In this document: piece by piece, positions 16,783-26,616 of the stretch
Layout of the letters: every line of letters begins with the position of its first letter
Numbering within the stretch: the first letter of the stretch is position 1
Virus record (IMG/VR): IMGVR_UViG_3300028581_000012
Strand: one strand, 5' to 3'
Origin: a virus
DNA: 64,000 nucleotides
Position numbers and translations under genes: made by a program
The notes under the pieces: generated by a model
Databases searched by the model: none
Seen by the model: the letters and a program-made list of their open reading frames with translations, nothing else
Told to the model about the DNA's origin: nothing

Positions 16783-19089
16783 CTACGTGTTACAGGTTAC
16801 ATCATACTCTATTGTTAATTCCAATGTAAAATTGGCATCTGATAATGGGTCAAAATCACCTTCACAATTTGATTCAATATGTATTGTATTATCAGTTAAA
16901 CTTATTGTGTAAAGACTAATATCTGTAATACCACTTAAGACACCCTCTATTGTTGATTGCCATAATGTGTCTTGTGGAACGTCGTTTAATGTTGTGGCAG
17001 TATAGAATGGTTGTGTGAAACCTGAACCATTTATATCTAACTCAAGTATGAATTCTGCAGTATTTAAACTACAACCCGTATATCCACTTGTAACGTCAAT
17101 ATAACCTTCATTTAACATTTCTAAAAAGCCTCTTTTTGCGCCAACTGTTGTTGTAAACACATCATTACATAATGAAACGACAGAATAAGTTGTCACGTTA
17201 TTTCCTGAACACGTAATTGTAAAATTGTGAGTTTGTGAACAACCACTACTATCCACAACTTCAACTGAGTAAGTGCCGGCAGTTAATCCTGAAATTGTGG
17301 AACCTGTTTGTCCTGATGGTATGTTGTCAGACCAATCATAAGTAAATGTTGGTTCGCCATCGTAAATTAAAACTTCGGCAGTGCCATTTTGACCATTATA
17401 ACATTGTGTTGTAGAAATTGCTGAAATTAAACTACCTCCTGTTGAAATGGTTATTGATTCTCTTATTTCGCAACCTTCTCCATCGACTATTGTTAATATA
17501 TAACTTCCAGCCGTTAAGTTATTAAATGTATATGCCGTTGCAGATGTATCAATCACTGACTGACCATCACTTAAGATGTAATCTAATGGTAAAGTATAAC
17601 CTGTACTAACTTCAATATATAGTACACCATCAGTTTGCGAACAAGTTGAACCAGTTGTTAATGTTGTTGCACTAAACTTATCCGTTGAAGAAACTGTAAA
17701 TGTTGTTGTATACTCACAATTAGTTCCTGTTGCCGATATTGTTAAGTCATAAGTATCGTTAGTCAAACCTGAAAATGAACTTGTTAAACTTTGTGTTGTA
17801 TTTGTATAAACTTGCCCATTGGTTTGTCCTGATAAACTGTAAGTATAAAAGTTGTTTGACCCTTGTAATGAAATTGAAACTGAACCTAGTTGTTGACTAC
17901 AATTCGAATTTGATACTTGTGTATCAACAACAAAAAATGAGTTAGTAGCATTTATAAATGCACTTATAGTTTCCTTACAAAAATTACCATCAGTAATTTC
18001 TAAATTGTAATTACCGCTTGATAAACCTGAAAGTGTTAGTGTATTACTAAGTGTATATCCAACTTGTGAAGTACTTGCCGAATAGTAATATGGAACACTA
18101 CCACCTGTAATTGTGAAAGTTATACTCCCATCTGATGAAAAACAACTTGGATTGTTTGATGTGACAATACCTAAACCTAATGGTTCGGCTTGACCTATGG
18201 TTTCACTTTTAGTGGTACTACACCCATTTGAGTCTGTAACGGTACAACTATATGTGCCTATTGTTAGACCAGTAATTGTTTGACCGGTTTCACCATTACT
18301 CCAAAGATATGTATATGGTGCGGTTCCTGTTACGCCAGTGACTGAAAGTTTGCCTTGATTTATCACACAAGTCGACGCATCTACTTTCCAAAATCCAAAG
18401 TCTAATGCAGTACTTGCAGAAATAATAGCATTCGCAGTTGTGGCGGTTGACAACCCGTAATCAACAACTTCAACAAAATAAGTATCCGCAGATAAATTTG
18501 TGAACGTATAGGGAAAAAGTGTAGTATTTTGTGATTGTATTGTACCACCACTTGTCTTTAAAAACAAAACATAAGGTGATGATTGTGAATTTGCACTTAC
18601 AGTTAAAGTACCATCGTTTGAGCCACAAAAAGTTCCTGTGACTTCAATAATATCTGTGTAGAAACAACCAGTGATTATTACATTAACATATAATTCATTA
18701 TTTTCATACCCCAATGAATCATTTAATCTAAATACATAAGTGTCCGCAGTTAACCCTGTAAAGGTTATTGGACTTGAGGATGTTTGAGCGGTAATCCCTC
18801 CTGGTATGACATTATCAATAGTGTATGGTGGTATTCCTCCAAAGGGTGAAAATGTAACCGAACCTGTTGGGTCTGAACAAGTTCCTGTTACCGAAAATGA
18901 TAATCCAATTGGTTGTTCTTCGCAAGTTGGGTCGCAAGAACTATCCTCATCAATATATATACCATATGACGACCCAGAGTATACGCCATCTACACAAATA
19001 CTTTCACCTAAAGATGCCCCTGTTCTGGTGACACCACAACAGTCAATATAATAATATACACCATCCGTTAATCCTGTATAACAAGCCAT
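16783..19089 (-). CDS. SprB-like repeat-containing tail protein
   Basis: Multiple C...DG.I.....GG..PY.Y.WSNG......GL..G.Y...V.D..GC repeats. Confidence 0.8.
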   Translation of the reverse strand: MACYTGLTDGVYYYIDCCGVTRTGASLGESICVDGVYSGSSYGIYIDEDSSCDPTCEEQPIGLSFSVTGTCSDPTGSVTFSPFGGIPPYTIDNVIPGGITAQTSSSPITFTGLTADTYVFRLNDSLGYENNELYVNVIITGCFYTDIIEVTGTFCGSNDGTLTVSANSQSSPYVLFLKTSGGTIQSQNTTLFPYTFTNLSADTYFVEVVDYGLSTATTANAIISASTALDFGFWKVDASTCVINQGKLSVTGVTGTAPYTYLWSNGETGQTITGLTIGTYSCTVTDSNGCSTTKSETIGQAEPLGLGIVTSNNPSCFSSDGSITFTITGGSVPYYYSASTSQVGYTLSNTLTLSGLSSGNYNLEITDGNFCKETISAFINATNSFFVVDTQVSNSNCSQQLGSVSISLQGSNNFYTYSLSGQTNGQVYTNTTQSLTSSFSGLTNDTYDLTISATGTNCEYTTTFTVSSTDKFSATTLTTGSTCSQTDGVLYIEVSTGYTLPLDYILSDGQSVIDTSATAYTFNNLTAGSYILTIVDGEGCEIRESITISTGGSLISAISTTQCYNGQNGTAEVLIYDGEPTFTYDWSDNIPSGQTGSTISGLTAGTYSVEVVDSSGCSQTHNFTITCSGNNVTTYSVVSLCNDVFTTTVGAKRGFLEMLNEGYIDVTSGYTGCSLNTAEFILELDINGSGFTQPFYTATTLNDVPQDTLWQSTIEGVLSGITDISLYTISLTDNTIHIESNCEGDFDPLSDANFTLELTIEYDVTCNT

Positions 19090-22037
19090 TAATTACAATT
19101 TATACTAGCGTTTATACCTATATTTAAGTAGAGTTTTTTGTTTGTGAAGTCATCATAACAAGTTGAGTTACTAATTATTAAAGTTTTACCTGCAAAATAG
19201 TAGTTCAAACCTTGGTTATACAACCCTACTAATTTGTTATCGATTTCCGTTATAATTTGAGCAACTGTAGGAACGTCATAGAACCCATACCCCGTATAGA
19301 ATTGTTCTTGTACTAATATTGTATTATCCAATCTACAATCAACAAACCATTCCGAAACTATACTAGTTAAATCACAATTCGCCTGTGTATATCCACTTTG
19401 AGCGACAACTGCACTCAACACTTGAGTTAAATATGTTTGAGGGCTTTGGAAATTCAATTCACAAGATAGGGTTTGGTCAATACAATCATAACCAAATAAC
19501 TGACCGTCGAATGTACAAGGTACACATTCAACTTGAATAAATTGGCATCCTCTTTGTCTTCTCCATACAAACTTTTGTCTATGGAAAATTGAATTCTCCA
19601 TTTTTTGACCCGTTAACCAAAGAGTTGTTGCTGGAACCAATTGTTCCAATAATCTTTGCCAATAATCACCAATACCTAAAGTATAATCAATCATTTTTTG
19701 ATATGTGAATTGATTAGAAGGTATACCTACGGTTTGTTGTGACTGAAGATATTTCCAATATATTGATTGGAGTGTTGGATATCCCCCTGTTTTACCATCA
19801 AAAATAGTTTGTCTATTACGAACATTAATCATATTCATAAAGAATGATTGTGCAAACTCAAAGAAAGTTTTTTGTTTTGGTTTTGGATTAACAAATGTCC
19901 AATCAATTGCACCAGGATATGGGTAAGGTGATGTAAGACCTGAGTTTGGAATTGGGTAGTCATATTTAACACACATATCCCAAACGTCATAAACTAACCC
20001 TTGACCCATATTAATGTTTAGTTCAATATTTTTAGAGTTAATAATTTGCTTATCACTCGTTACTGTATAATCAACTCCATTAAAATTTGAGTCGTTTTTT
20101 CTATTACCAATATCATCAACTGACCAAGACTTTTGATTATCAAATATTTTTGTAATAGTATAACCTTCATTTAGATATGGAAACTTTGTAAATCGGTTTA
20201 AGTATTCTTGACCGTATGAAGGTGCTTGTAACTTTGTTAGAACACTAGGAACATTTTGATTAAGTTGTGAATTTTCTAAATCAACAACTTGAGGTGCCCT
20301 ATGTTTAGGACTTGACTCAAACCAACCTGAACCTTTTTGATAAAAATAATCATCAGTTTGTTGAGGAGCTTTTGGGTATCCGTCGTCAGATATGCCGTAG
20401 TCATTTAAAGTTGTTGTTACCGTTTCGACTCTTCCATCAGTAGTAAAACCTGTATAAGTAACACCATGCACCGAAAAAGTATTTGTTGGGTCTAATGCCG
20501 GTCTTTCAACATATACTGTCCCACCACTAATTTTAGCATAGTTTTCTTTAAATTGCTCAACATTAATTTTAGAATCCACTAAATAAACAACCTCGTTAAA
20601 TTCTGTAATTGCTTCAGGTGCCCCAATAAGTCTCATTATGTATTCTAAAGAATTTCTTGTACCTTTAGATTTGAACATATAGGCAGAATTTAAAATTACG
20701 TTTCTATAATATTGATAATTTAACTCTGATGGTGTTTGGTCTTGAGCCTGACCTGTATAAATTTGTTCAGAACTTGTACTAAATACTGCCTCTAATAATT
20801 GGTCATTATTAATCGGTGATATGTTGGTATTTACTCCGAGTGTTTGCGCTAAATTGACCAAAAGTTGTGATGGTATATCATTTCCAACTTTATAATTAAC
20901 GGAGTTCATATTAGCCAATGCGTCAATAAACTTTTTAACCTCATCAAAACTTCTACCGTAAATTTGTAGAATTTTTTCCATTTTTTGGTCTTGGGTGTCA
21001 AAGTCTTTAAATGCCCCTGTTGTTAAAAATCTAGATATTAAATTTGTTTTATATTCATCTAAATTTAATGATATATTACTTAACTTATCTAAGTAATTGT
21101 CAAAATTTGATGATACTATATCTAAATTCCAAGTCCCATCTAAAAACCAAGTAACACTTTCAATTTTTAAAGTAAAATCACCATTAGAGTCATAGTAAGG
21201 ATACTGAAAAGTTGATGTATATTTAGGTTGACTATTTCTATTTAAAATAAAATCCTCAACTTCATCAAATTCATCTTGAAATATTTCTGCCGTTTTTTGT
21301 GTATTGGGTTTTATAATTAAATTATCAGTTGATGCGGTTACCCCTGAAAAAGGGTCTCCAATTACTGTCATCGTGATGGTACCTGCAGTTAAAGTTGTTG
21401 AGGGTATAAAATCAACTAAAGGATATTCTGTAGTAACACTTGAAAAGTATAAACTAAAATCTTGATAATTGTTTGTTATATCTCGGTATTTAGAAACTTT
21501 GATTGGTCTAACTTGTAAGTTTCTTCTTGCATTTGTAGAAAAATCAATGTCAAATGGATTTGTAATCCACGGAACATTAACATCAAAAGTTGTTAAATTT
21601 TCTATTGGGTCAAAAGTAATGTTAATAGCCGTATAACCCGTTGTTAATGACAATGTTTGGTTTCTTACATCAAGAGCCGCTGGATAATAACTAATTATTT
21701 TTGTTACAGATGCCGATAATCTTTTTTGTAGTGAACCATACAAGGTAAAACTTGTGACTTGTGAAATATCAAAATTTGGATAAACTGAAAAATTCTTTTG
21801 TATTATTTTTTTGGTTTGCTCAATATCTTCAATATTAAGATTTTCCAAATTATAAAGTTGTGAAAATACACCTAAATCAAAATTTCTGTTTACCTTTTCA
21901 TAAATGGCAGTTGTAAATTCAAAATTTCCTTGTGTTAAACCACCACCAGTAACCAACTGAAATCCAACAATATTGTTAAAAGCAGTAGAACTACCTACAG
22001 GGGGAGCCGGTGGATATCTAAAAATTTGTTTTGCCAT
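19089..22037 (-). CDS. Baseplate wedge protein (gp7/P2 gpI-like)
   Basis: IPSQLLVNLAQTLG and YMFKSKGTRNSLEYIMRLIG motifs typical of wedge/tail-I proteins; position downstream of the gp6-like gene. Confidence 0.6.
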   Translation of the reverse strand: MAKQIFRYPPAPPVGSSTAFNNIVGFQLVTGGGLTQGNFEFTTAIYEKVNRNFDLGVFSQLYNLENLNIEDIEQTKKIIQKNFSVYPNFDISQVTSFTLYGSLQKRLSASVTKIISYYPAALDVRNQTLSLTTGYTAINITFDPIENLTTFDVNVPWITNPFDIDFSTNARRNLQVRPIKVSKYRDITNNYQDFSLYFSSVTTEYPLVDFIPSTTLTAGTITMTVIGDPFSGVTASTDNLIIKPNTQKTAEIFQDEFDEVEDFILNRNSQPKYTSTFQYPYYDSNGDFTLKIESVTWFLDGTWNLDIVSSNFDNYLDKLSNISLNLDEYKTNLISRFLTTGAFKDFDTQDQKMEKILQIYGRSFDEVKKFIDALANMNSVNYKVGNDIPSQLLVNLAQTLGVNTNISPINNDQLLEAVFSTSSEQIYTGQAQDQTPSELNYQYYRNVILNSAYMFKSKGTRNSLEYIMRLIGAPEAITEFNEVVYLVDSKINVEQFKENYAKISGGTVYVERPALDPTNTFSVHGVTYTGFTTDGRVETVTTTLNDYGISDDGYPKAPQQTDDYFYQKGSGWFESSPKHRAPQVVDLENSQLNQNVPSVLTKLQAPSYGQEYLNRFTKFPYLNEGYTITKIFDNQKSWSVDDIGNRKNDSNFNGVDYTVTSDKQIINSKNIELNINMGQGLVYDVWDMCVKYDYPIPNSGLTSPYPYPGAIDWTFVNPKPKQKTFFEFAQSFFMNMINVRNRQTIFDGKTGGYPTLQSIYWKYLQSQQTVGIPSNQFTYQKMIDYTLGIGDYWQRLLEQLVPATTLWLTGQKMENSIFHRQKFVWRRQRGCQFIQVECVPCTFDGQLFGYDCIDQTLSCELNFQSPQTYLTQVLSAVVAQSGYTQANCDLTSIVSEWFVDCRLDNTILVQEQFYTGYGFYDVPTVAQIITEIDNKLVGLYNQGLNYYFAGKTLIISNSTCYDDFTNKKLYLNIGINASINCN

Positions 22038-22945
22038 TATTCAACTATGTTCGTAAAGTTTTTACTATAATCAATGTTATTATTTCTATCTTGTCTAACT
22101 TCATAAAGAAGCTCATTGAATGTATCTCTAATTTCAAACAAGTTGTATTGTTTGTAGATGTTGCCAGCACTATCGTAAAGAGTGTAAATACCATCTTCAA
22201 TACTTTTAGTTTGGTTCCCATAAAGAGCAATTGCCAACGTATCAATATCGTATTCAGCCATTTGAATATCGATAGTTATCGGATTGAAAAATGTATTAGT
22301 TATTATAATGTTTTGATTTGGTTGTCCAATAAATGGTATTGCGTTTGGTTTATTAGACGGTGATGAAGACGGTGAAACAGTACAAAAAATTAAATCTGTT
22401 GGGTTATCAACATATCTATATCTTATGGCCTTTTGTGATGTATTAACTTGTTCTGTCACCACGGGTTCACAATAAAATGATGAGGTTACTATTCTATAAA
22501 AATTTGGGATTTTGGTGCCGTCAGAATTTAAATACTCAATTCTAAACCCAACGAGTCCTTGGTTAACAAACTTGTTTCTATACTGTGAAGGAACACTGTT
22601 AATATCAATAATGATACCTTTAACGTTTGGTAGTGCAGATAGAACACCACAATCGGTAATTGTTGTTCTAATTTCTGCAGGTCTTATCATTAAAGTATAT
22701 ATTCCTAATCTACTAAACTCTGTTGCCGGTAGTTTAAGATTGTATAATCCTCCTAATATTTCTACATTATTGTTTCCACCAGTGTCGGAATTATGGAAGT
22801 ATGGTGTTAAAATATTTGCAGCATTTAATTTTTTCAATAAAAAATTATCTGTCACATCTCGTGAAGGTGTATAGTGAAGAATGATTTCAACATCTTCAGG
22901 TGATACGTCAGCGGGTCTAGTTATGCCGTATGTGCCAAGTGCCAT
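22037..22945 (-). CDS. Hypothetical structural protein
   Basis: 302 aa ORF in the tail cluster, TATTTATA upstream, TAATG overlap with the next gene. Confidence 0.65.
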   Translation of the reverse strand: MALGTYGITRPADVSPEDVEIILHYTPSRDVTDNFLLKKLNAANILTPYFHNSDTGGNNNVEILGGLYNLKLPATEFSRLGIYTLMIRPAEIRTTITDCGVLSALPNVKGIIIDINSVPSQYRNKFVNQGLVGFRIEYLNSDGTKIPNFYRIVTSSFYCEPVVTEQVNTSQKAIRYRYVDNPTDLIFCTVSPSSSPSNKPNAIPFIGQPNQNIIITNTFFNPITIDIQMAEYDIDTLAIALYGNQTKSIEDGIYTLYDSAGNIYKQYNLFEIRDTFNELLYEVRQDRNNNIDYSKNFTNIVE

Positions 22946-22955
22946 TTTTTTATTT

Positions 22956-22963
22956 TATAAATA
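22956..22963 (-). promoter_or_regulatory. TATTTATA upstream motif (putative late promoter)
   Basis: 10 nt before ATG at 22945. Confidence 0.55.
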
Positions 22964-22977
22964 GTTTATGTAATTTT

Positions 22978-24066
22978 TTATGTTTGATTAATTTTATAAT
23001 ATCCGTATCCATACCTAACCATATCACCTATATTATCAACTTCATTTAATCTTTGTAAAGGTTCAAAGGCACTATACTTACCTCTTTCAATGTAAACATC
23101 ACTTTGAACTTCGGGGTCCATAACAAAGTCTAATAGATATTCATTTTTTGTTATTGCCGAAAATAAAAGGTCGTTTTGGGTAAATCCTGAACTTTGAAGT
23201 AGGTATAATGTTTGCCCATTTGGAAAATCGTAATACGTAATGTCATTAATTGTGTATGAGGTATACCCTGAAGTTATTGAATTTATTTGACCGTATGGGA
23301 CTCCATTTTTTATAAAAGTATATCCAACAGTATATGGGTTAGGTCCCCATCTTTTTACGTCAGTTAATTTAGATTTAGTGAACCCCGATACAGGAAAAGG
23401 TACTGTCGTATAAGAACTTGATATTTGTGACGCTACGTTGTTTTGTGAATCACCTGTTGCAATAAAATCATAACTAACAGGTATTCCTGACCAAATACCA
23501 CCTTGTGGTGTAAAAGTAAAATTACCTTGTAAATTGGAAATGGTCACACCCGTCAAAGGGACAGTAATTGGTTTTTGAATAACCGTCATTCCAAATGTGT
23601 TTTGACCTGAAAAGGTTATAGTATAATCACCAGGTGTTGTCGGATATAAATGATTTAGTGGTTGGTTTGAAACTTGTTGTGTTGGGCTACCGTCCCCCCA
23701 ATCAACAAAGTAATTTGAAAGACTTATAAAAGATATTTCAATATCCCCCGATGTGTTATAGAAATATACATCATACGGACTTAAAGTATTTGCAGAAAAA
23801 ACAAAGTTTGCTAATACATCTTTTTGTAATAATAATCCGTCAAATTCACTATAAAATCCAATGTCATTCATTGTTTGGGTTAACATTATAGGAATTGTTA
23901 ACCCTGTAAGTAAAGAAGTTCCACCTGTACCACCACTTAAAATATAAGACATACCAGAATAGACACCAAACGTTTCAAGTCCTGTGTCACCACTATAAGT
24001 TTCTGTAAAAATATCTGATAAGATATTTTCAGGAGAAACAACTATTGAATATTTTTCAGCCTCCAT
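22978..24066 (-). CDS. Structural protein with PKD-like domain
   Basis: YFVDWGDGS...HLY..PGDYTITFSG. Confidence 0.65.
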   Translation of the reverse strand: MEAEKYSIVVSPENILSDIFTETYSGDTGLETFGVYSGMSYILSGGTGGTSLLTGLTIPIMLTQTMNDIGFYSEFDGLLLQKDVLANFVFSANTLSPYDVYFYNTSGDIEISFISLSNYFVDWGDGSPTQQVSNQPLNHLYPTTPGDYTITFSGQNTFGMTVIQKPITVPLTGVTISNLQGNFTFTPQGGIWSGIPVSYDFIATGDSQNNVASQISSSYTTVPFPVSGFTKSKLTDVKRWGPNPYTVGYTFIKNGVPYGQINSITSGYTSYTINDITYYDFPNGQTLYLLQSSGFTQNDLLFSAITKNEYLLDFVMDPEVQSDVYIERGKYSAFEPLQRLNEVDNIGDMVRYGYGYYKINQT

Positions 24067-24917
24067 TATGGGTTTCCGTATTCATACCATTTTATGACAT
24101 TAGTCGTATCACCAACTCTTAATAATGTTGGTGCTTGGTTTTGTTGTGGAATTTCTTTATAAACTTGGTATTCATAATTTGTAAAATCTAACTCCACTTT
24201 GTAGTAAAAGTATTGGGATTTATTAAAGTTAAATTCATTTCCTGCAGAAAATGTAGATTGTGGTTCATTCATAAATCTAACAAACTGACCGGTTTTTGCG
24301 TTAAAAAACTTTGCAGTCATATAAAATTCTGTAATATTAATAAAATCTCTTTCTTTTAACCAATAGATAAAAAACCCCTCTTTATCAGCCCCTGTGTAAT
24401 CTAACTTAAACTTTGGTTTTTTAACATTTACTTGGGTTTGATTATTTAAAGGACCTAAAAACCCAACTCTTGTTTGTCCTTGTTGTGTTGGAATTACAAC
24501 ACTAAAATATGCTTTTTGATTTTCATTTGTTTTTGTATCATAAAAATCTAATTTGAAAAAACTACCTTTAAAAGAGTTTACAAAATAATATAATTCAGGG
24601 TCTGTAAATGTTGCATTTGCATAATCAACGGACCAATCACTTGAAGTTGCTGAGGTAACTTGTACGGTTGAATCTAAAAAATAAAACTCATAGTTTATAT
24701 CAGTTTTATCGGGTGTTTGTAAGTAAGATGTATTTGCAAATCTTGTAGTTTCAAAATCATCAATACCATTTATCAAATCTTGTAATATATCTTTTTCAAA
24801 TTCAACTATACCATCATTTCTTCCTGCCATATCAAAACTTATTTCAACAGGAATATTAAAAAATGTGTCTTCCGGTGTTACACTAAATCTATAGTAGTTA
24901 TTATTCACAATCGTCAT
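24066..24917 (-). CDS. Hypothetical structural protein
   Basis: 283 aa aromatic-rich ORF overlapping neighbours in the tail cluster. Confidence 0.65.
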   Translation of the reverse strand: MTIVNNNYYRFSVTPEDTFFNIPVEISFDMAGRNDGIVEFEKDILQDLINGIDDFETTRFANTSYLQTPDKTDINYEFYFLDSTVQVTSATSSDWSVDYANATFTDPELYYFVNSFKGSFFKLDFYDTKTNENQKAYFSVVIPTQQGQTRVGFLGPLNNQTQVNVKKPKFKLDYTGADKEGFFIYWLKERDFINITEFYMTAKFFNAKTGQFVRFMNEPQSTFSAGNEFNFNKSQYFYYKVELDFTNYEYQVYKEIPQQNQAPTLLRVGDTTNVIKWYEYGNP

Positions 24918-26616
24918 TTATTATCTGTTGATATTCATTAGAGAATGTATTGTTGTTTCTTAGTATTGGGTACTGTAAAAATATGCAGTTTAAAAATGGG
25001 TAATGGGAACCATTTATAAATGGATTATTAACACCAATACCATCACTATCAATAAACCCATAGGTGTATAAATCCCTCCAAAACCATTTATTATTGTATT
25101 GACTAAACCAAGAATATCCAGGTATTCCTACTACAGATTTTTTATCACCATTTTCAATATAATCACTAAACGCTCTAATTGGTATAGAATAGTGTGGATT
25201 ATACAAGTAACCATCAGGATAGTTTTGATTACCTGTTGTTAAAAACAATATGTCATTAAATGAGTACTTATGAACCATTCTTGATAAAACATATTCTTTT
25301 TGTTCTATATAGTTGTACTCACAAAAATCCCCTGAAATAACATCACCCTGATTTAATATATCGTTATAATAAAAAGTTTGACCGTTATATAAATAAGAAG
25401 AAGTGGGAATGTTATCTTTATTCAAACTACTACTGTGATTCCACCACGTATCTATTGAGTTTTCTAAAAAGTTAAAGTTCCAACCAATATCAATACCACT
25501 TGGTATACTATTTTGATTTGGGAATGGTTTATTAAACCACCCCATATAACCTCGGTTAATAATGGTAAAAAACAATTCGGTGATTGGTTTTCCATTATTG
25601 TCAATATACCCCCCAATTTTAACATCCTTATCAAATGTGAATGAAAAACTTTGTGAATTATTTTTTACCGAAACTCTTTGTACTTGGTTTGGTGTAAGTG
25701 CTGAGTATTCTAATTTTTTATCAATTGCAAAAGGGTTATTTTCAAATCCAACTTTACCTACATTGCATTGCTCACTATTTTTTATTATTTTATGTAATCT
25801 TACATAATATATTGATTTTGTTTCCGCAGAGTTTGCAGGTTCAGTTATTCTTTTTAGGTTTCCGTAAATACCTGTCTGAACATCAATGGTAGGGTATTTT
25901 AAATCATAAATTGTAAAAACTTTTTCTTCTGAATTAATAGTACCATCACCCAAAGAATAAACTTGAAATACTGTTTTGTTATTTATTGGTGTTGATAGTT
26001 CAACGTATTGACCCACTTGTAAGTTATGAATTGTACCACAATAAAAATATACAAGTTGTTTTCCATTAAATTTACCTGTTGTTAATACATAAGGTATTCC
26101 ATCACCCGCCAAAAAACCACTATTAGTAACACCAAACTTTTCATCAGTATATGACATAGTTTGAGCCGTTGTACTTGAAAATGCATAACTCATATAAAAC
26201 GACCAATTATATGATGATGCACTTTTAGTGACAAACGGAATATGTCCAGTAATCCCACTAACTCTTACCATAGAAAACTCATCAAATTGAGGATTTCCTT
26301 CCCAAAAGTTTGCGTTATTTGTTGCATTTGCAATAGCATTTGTATAATACAAATAATTTTTAAATGGGGTATATGAAGTTTTACCTGTTACTGTATTATC
26401 AAACACATTTGTGATTTTACCTGCAACTCTAAACTTATCACTTGATTGTCTTTCTTGGTCAAAAATATTTTGTTGGTTTACAAGAATACTTCTATCCCCT
26501 TCAATTAACTCCCTTCTATCCCCAATTAAAGGTGGTTGTATCCAAACATCTCTGTCAACACTTCCGGCACTTCTTTCAGACCCAAGTACAATTCTTATTT
26601 CACTTTCGTTAGACAT
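24901..26616 (-). CDS. Hypothetical structural protein
   Basis: 571 aa ORF overlapping neighbours in the tail cluster. Confidence 0.65.
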   Translation of the reverse strand: MSNESEIRIVLGSERSAGSVDRDVWIQPPLIGDRRELIEGDRSILVNQQNIFDQERQSSDKFRVAGKITNVFDNTVTGKTSYTPFKNYLYYTNAIANATNNANFWEGNPQFDEFSMVRVSGITGHIPFVTKSASSYNWSFYMSYAFSSTTAQTMSYTDEKFGVTNSGFLAGDGIPYVLTTGKFNGKQLVYFYCGTIHNLQVGQYVELSTPINNKTVFQVYSLGDGTINSEEKVFTIYDLKYPTIDVQTGIYGNLKRITEPANSAETKSIYYVRLHKIIKNSEQCNVGKVGFENNPFAIDKKLEYSALTPNQVQRVSVKNNSQSFSFTFDKDVKIGGYIDNNGKPITELFFTIINRGYMGWFNKPFPNQNSIPSGIDIGWNFNFLENSIDTWWNHSSSLNKDNIPTSSYLYNGQTFYYNDILNQGDVISGDFCEYNYIEQKEYVLSRMVHKYSFNDILFLTTGNQNYPDGYLYNPHYSIPIRAFSDYIENGDKKSVVGIPGYSWFSQYNNKWFWRDLYTYGFIDSDGIGVNNPFINGSHYPFLNCIFLQYPILRNNNTFSNEYQQIINDDCE

